The translations under genes and the position numbers were made by a program. DNA of 63,369 nt, the filler included, from Rhabdomonas costata (taxonomy: Eukaryota), in NCBI GenBank assembly GCA_019059605.1. It is 54 parts of 54 records of this genome, joined end to end, with 100 filler letters (N's around TTAATTAATTAA, not from the genome) between each part and the next. Parts side by side here need not be neighbours in the genome. Positions count along the whole stretch, not along the records: positions 59,945 to 61,019 come from JAHMHO010029923.1; positions 61,120 to 62,194 come from JAHMHO010029924.1; positions 62,295 to 63,369 come from JAHMHO010029925.1; 51 more parts are not named here. One strand, 5' to 3'. Below, in pieces: positions 60,132 to 63,369 of the stretch (position 1 is its first letter; every line of letters begins with the position of its first letter). The notes beneath the pieces were generated by a model. That model saw only the letters and a program-made list of their open reading frames with translations. It did not search any database and was not told where the DNA came from.

Positions 60132-60954
60132 GTGATGGACCTGGATAACATCGAGCAGCTTTTCGGGGACGTCGACAGTTCCCTCACCAACAGCCTGGAG
60201 GTGTCTGCTTTTGGCGCTGGAGACGGCTCCCTTTTCGATTCAATTATGGTTGTGGTGCTAGTGCCGGTTTTGCAGCCAACTGCGCCGTTTGATGGCGGCC
60301 GTCTTCCGCGTTAGTCGTAGGATGTGCAGATGGGTTGGTGGGAGGTCGGCGCGCTTCACTTGCGCCACCTTTGATTCATTTGAAAAGCTGATTACCCTCA
60401 CCCACCGACCATCAAGGGCGTGGCTGACGCGCCTGGGGAAAGGCAGCTCCTTTTCAATCCTGCCCTCGCTTTCTCACACAGCGTCCCCCTCCCTAGAAGA
60501 AGCCTTCACTGAAAACCACACAGACAATCCAAATTGGAGGCAGGCACTGTTGTGACATCCTGGGAGGGGGGTTTTTCAACACCGAAAACGGCCATGATAC
60601 TTCAAAAGGAAACGGCTGCCCTTGGCGGGTTCGCAGTTTGCTTTGAATGCCTTCCACAGGTTCTGAGGTAAATCATCCAAAGGGATTTTGGCAACAGACC
60701 TCCGCAGAATGAGGCTCCTCACCACAACCTCAATATCCCCATGGCCCTCCTGCACTGCTCCACTACTCGCGCTTCTGTTTATACGTGCTCCTTCCTGTGG
60801 AACGCCGCCCCTTGCAGGATATCGTCTCCAACCTGAAGGCTTACCTGCCCTACCTCCCCGCCACGGTCCTCTCGCTGGTCCGCAACGACGATGGGGCCGC
60901 GGCGAGCCCGACCGACTCCGATTTCGCTCAGCTCTCGGCGATGGGCATTACTGT
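60132..60954 (+). CDS. HAMP/juxtamembrane exons of a receptor-type nucleotide cyclase-like protein (60132-60200; 60818-~60954)
   Basis: VMDLDNIEQLF...NSLE and DIVSNLKAYLPYLPATVL resemble the HAMP-to-YLP linker of class III cyclases; a linking exon is unresolved. Confidence 0.55.
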
Positions 60955-61790
60955 GGTCAGGTGGATGAAAGACCCCCCCACACCCAGCGCCACCCCTTTT
61001 CTCCTCGGATCCCGTCCTGNNNNNNNNNNNNNNNNNNNNNNNNNNNNNNNNNNNNNNNNNNNNTTAATTAATTAANNNNNNNNNNNNNNNNNNNNNNNNN
61101 NNNNNNNNNNNNNNNNNNNTTTTTTTCTCGAAACTCTTCATCCTCATGAGATCCCATCATATCAGGAGGAACGGGAACGGGCGAAGTTATGTATGCGAGA
61201 ACTCGCATTGTTGTCCATTTTTCCACTGTGATGACCCCTTTTTATATCCAGTTTTGTCACCCTTTTTGATGTTTAACCCAATCGTCCAAGGTCGTCCAAG
61301 GGGCTGTGAGGCAGGGCGGATGCTCGATGGGCCCTCTTTGGATCCTCTTGAAGTGTAACCGCATGGCGGGCATTATTAGAAAGCTTCAAGGGTGACGGAG
61401 GCACCCCCACAACAATATGCCGATGCATTGAGGTCAAAAGAGCGTCTTGCGACAAGATGCGCGTTCCAAAAACAGGCCAAAATAGGTTTAAATCCGTCTT
61501 TCTGAAACGAGACCTCTGCCGTTCGCGCTGGCGTCCCCGAGTCACCTTCCAAGGCCGGTAATGAGGACAATCCGACATGCTACACCACTCATAATCCTCA
61601 GCTAGTTCATCAAGCCACCCTTTGTTTTCAAGATGTGTGCACCCCGAAGGTTTCCCTTCCCCACCAAAGGGATCTGGCAGTTCCTCACAGCGGAGGCAAC
61701 ATTTCACTGAAATTAGTGGGTGGTTTGTTGTTTACCCCTATGAGCTCTTCCTCTTCCATTGCTTTTTGTGCTTAGCTGCTGATCCCGCAG

Positions 61791-61915
61791 ACCGAGGTGT
61801 TCAAGAACCCAGACACCAACTCCCTGGACGACACCCTGTGCTGGTACCCGAGCGGCTCGCAGTCTTGCGACACCCTGAGCACTGACTTCTTTTACACCGA
61901 GTGGGTGTACGTCAG
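61791..61915 (+). CDS. Exon of an unknown protein
   Basis: AG/GT-bounded, GC3-rich TEVFKNPDTNSLDDTLCWYPSGSQSCDTLSTDFFYTEWVYV. Confidence 0.55.
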
Positions 61916-62738
61916 GTGATCCCTTGCCAGCTCCCACCCCGTGAAAATCCTAAGCAGCGGTTTTGAAAGGGGGGGCAGTCTTCACCTTGCCCTGCAGACT
62001 TTCAGAAGCTTCTTTTTGTGCGCCTTATATCTTCGCGCCAGCGAAGGACCCAAAGAACCCAATTCTGCCTTGTCCTCATGCAGGTTGAGCATCTGAAGAG
62101 TCCGTCTTAAGTTATTCACCTTGTTTTCTTCGTGGGAAGGCTAGAGCAATGCCGAACTGTGGAACCGAGCAACCTCCCACTCGTTTAAAAGACGNNNNNN
62201 NNNNNNNNNNNNNNNNNNNNNNNNNNNNNNNNNNNNNNTTAATTAATTAANNNNNNNNNNNNNNNNNNNNNNNNNNNNNNNNNNNNNNNNNNNNGGTGTT
62301 GGGGCACCCAGGGGTATAAAAGGGTAAAAATGCCTCTATGTTTGCTGGTCGCATACTCCCTCATGTGCATTCGGTCGTATGCTCCCTACATGTAAGAACC
62401 CCAATACCGAACCCCTCGTCTCGAAGCATACGCTCCTCGACTCGGGGACACTAAAGGCATGAAGGCAAAGAACCCAAACTCAGAAAGCGAAACCCAGAAC
62501 CTTTGTTGAGCCGTGGTTGGATAGCGTTTTTCCTGCGCTCTGAACTCGTGGATCGGGTTTTGCTGGGTCTTTGAGCTACAATACGACTTTCAGCGGCTTT
62601 CAATACCTTGTGGAAGGTTGGTCTGTGTTGGCCGGGCTAATGGCCGAGAACGGAATGATCGTATTCTCCACTCCTGCCCACACAAAATACTCCCTCGCCT
62701 CACATCTTCATCGCGAGCTGGCCCGGCCTCGCTCCTAG

Positions 62739-62966
62739 CAACTTCTGGACAGCAACGAACGCGGCACTGGCTCCCTGTTGACTGTTCTCGCCGTGGTGTG
62801 GCTGGTTGAGCTCGGGGATGTCCTGCAGCTCACCCACGTCACAGTGTTCCGCGGGGTGGAGCTTCTGGACCGAGTGCTTGGCCGGGCGGCGGCGGGGGGC
62901 GAGGCTGGAGTCCCGGTGCTACTGGGGCGGGAATTGGACGCTCAAACGATCCTGCTGTTGAGCTCG
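62739..62966 (+). CDS. Divergent cyclin-box exon
   Basis: VVWLVELGDVLQLTHVTVFRGVELLDRVL resembles cyclin N-box WLVEV..xxL..xTLF.AV..LDRFL; tag/gtatga bounded, 228 nt. Confidence 0.7.
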
Positions 62967-63369
62967 GTATGAATAAATTATGGTAGGCCAGCCTCCTCAG
63001 GTTGCCCGAGCAGCTGAACGCAGCCAGACCGTGCTCGCTGCTCATCTTTTGCGCTTAGAATTCGCGCAGTGGTTGGTTGGGAGCCGTCTGCAGTTTTATG
63101 GTTTTTTTTTGCTTGGTCTTCTGGCACACAGCTTCCGTGCAGCGTCTAGTGTGGTGACACGTCAGCACACTCAGGCACATTCACAAATACAGCAGTTTTG
63201 GGGTCATGGATACCCACACCGTGTACAGTCCTGCTTTGTGCTGATTGCCAGGCCGTACGCAACACTGATGCTGGCACTGACATCTCGGCCGTAAACATTC
63301 AGCTGAGATCCCATGACAGATACCGTCGTCCACATAAGGAGTTACCACCCACCCCCAAACACACCCACA

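Overview
This window is not contiguous genome. It is 54 unrelated ~1.07-kb draft-assembly contigs joined by a 100-bp linker (44 N + TTAATTAATTAA + 44 N), so no synteny can be inferred across linkers. Most contigs come from an intron-rich flagellate eukaryote, probably euglenozoan or euglenid (inference). Exons of GPI, RPS13, NSF, GCN1, PP4R3/SMEK, cullin, axonemal dynein, ALDH, an Arp4-like protein, a mitochondrial carrier, BT1, NIPA, a CDF transporter, kinesin and a cyclin can be read, with GT-AG introns and at least one GC-AG intron. Also present are decayed Ty3/Gypsy pol fragments, a MITE with target-site duplication, microsatellites, and a 683-bp tandem repeat carrying a box C/D snoRNA whose guide matches the conserved LSU rRNA site targeted by snR190/SNORD12. 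Four very AT-rich, intronless contigs look like endogenous DNA-virus material (Polinton-like virus, virophage or NCLDV): a pseudogenised A32-like packaging ATPase, a tyrosine-recombinase-like N-terminus with small ORFs and a perfect post-stop hairpin, a papain-like protease, and a fibre-like repeat gene broken mid-repeat next to a fragment of a Fanzor1 (TnpB-like RNA-guided nuclease) gene missed by the ORF track. A bacterial Rhs/YD fragment sits inside eukaryotic DNA. Many contig-end inverted repeats and C/A tails look like amplification or library artefacts. All family calls are from motif recognition by eye; no database search was run.
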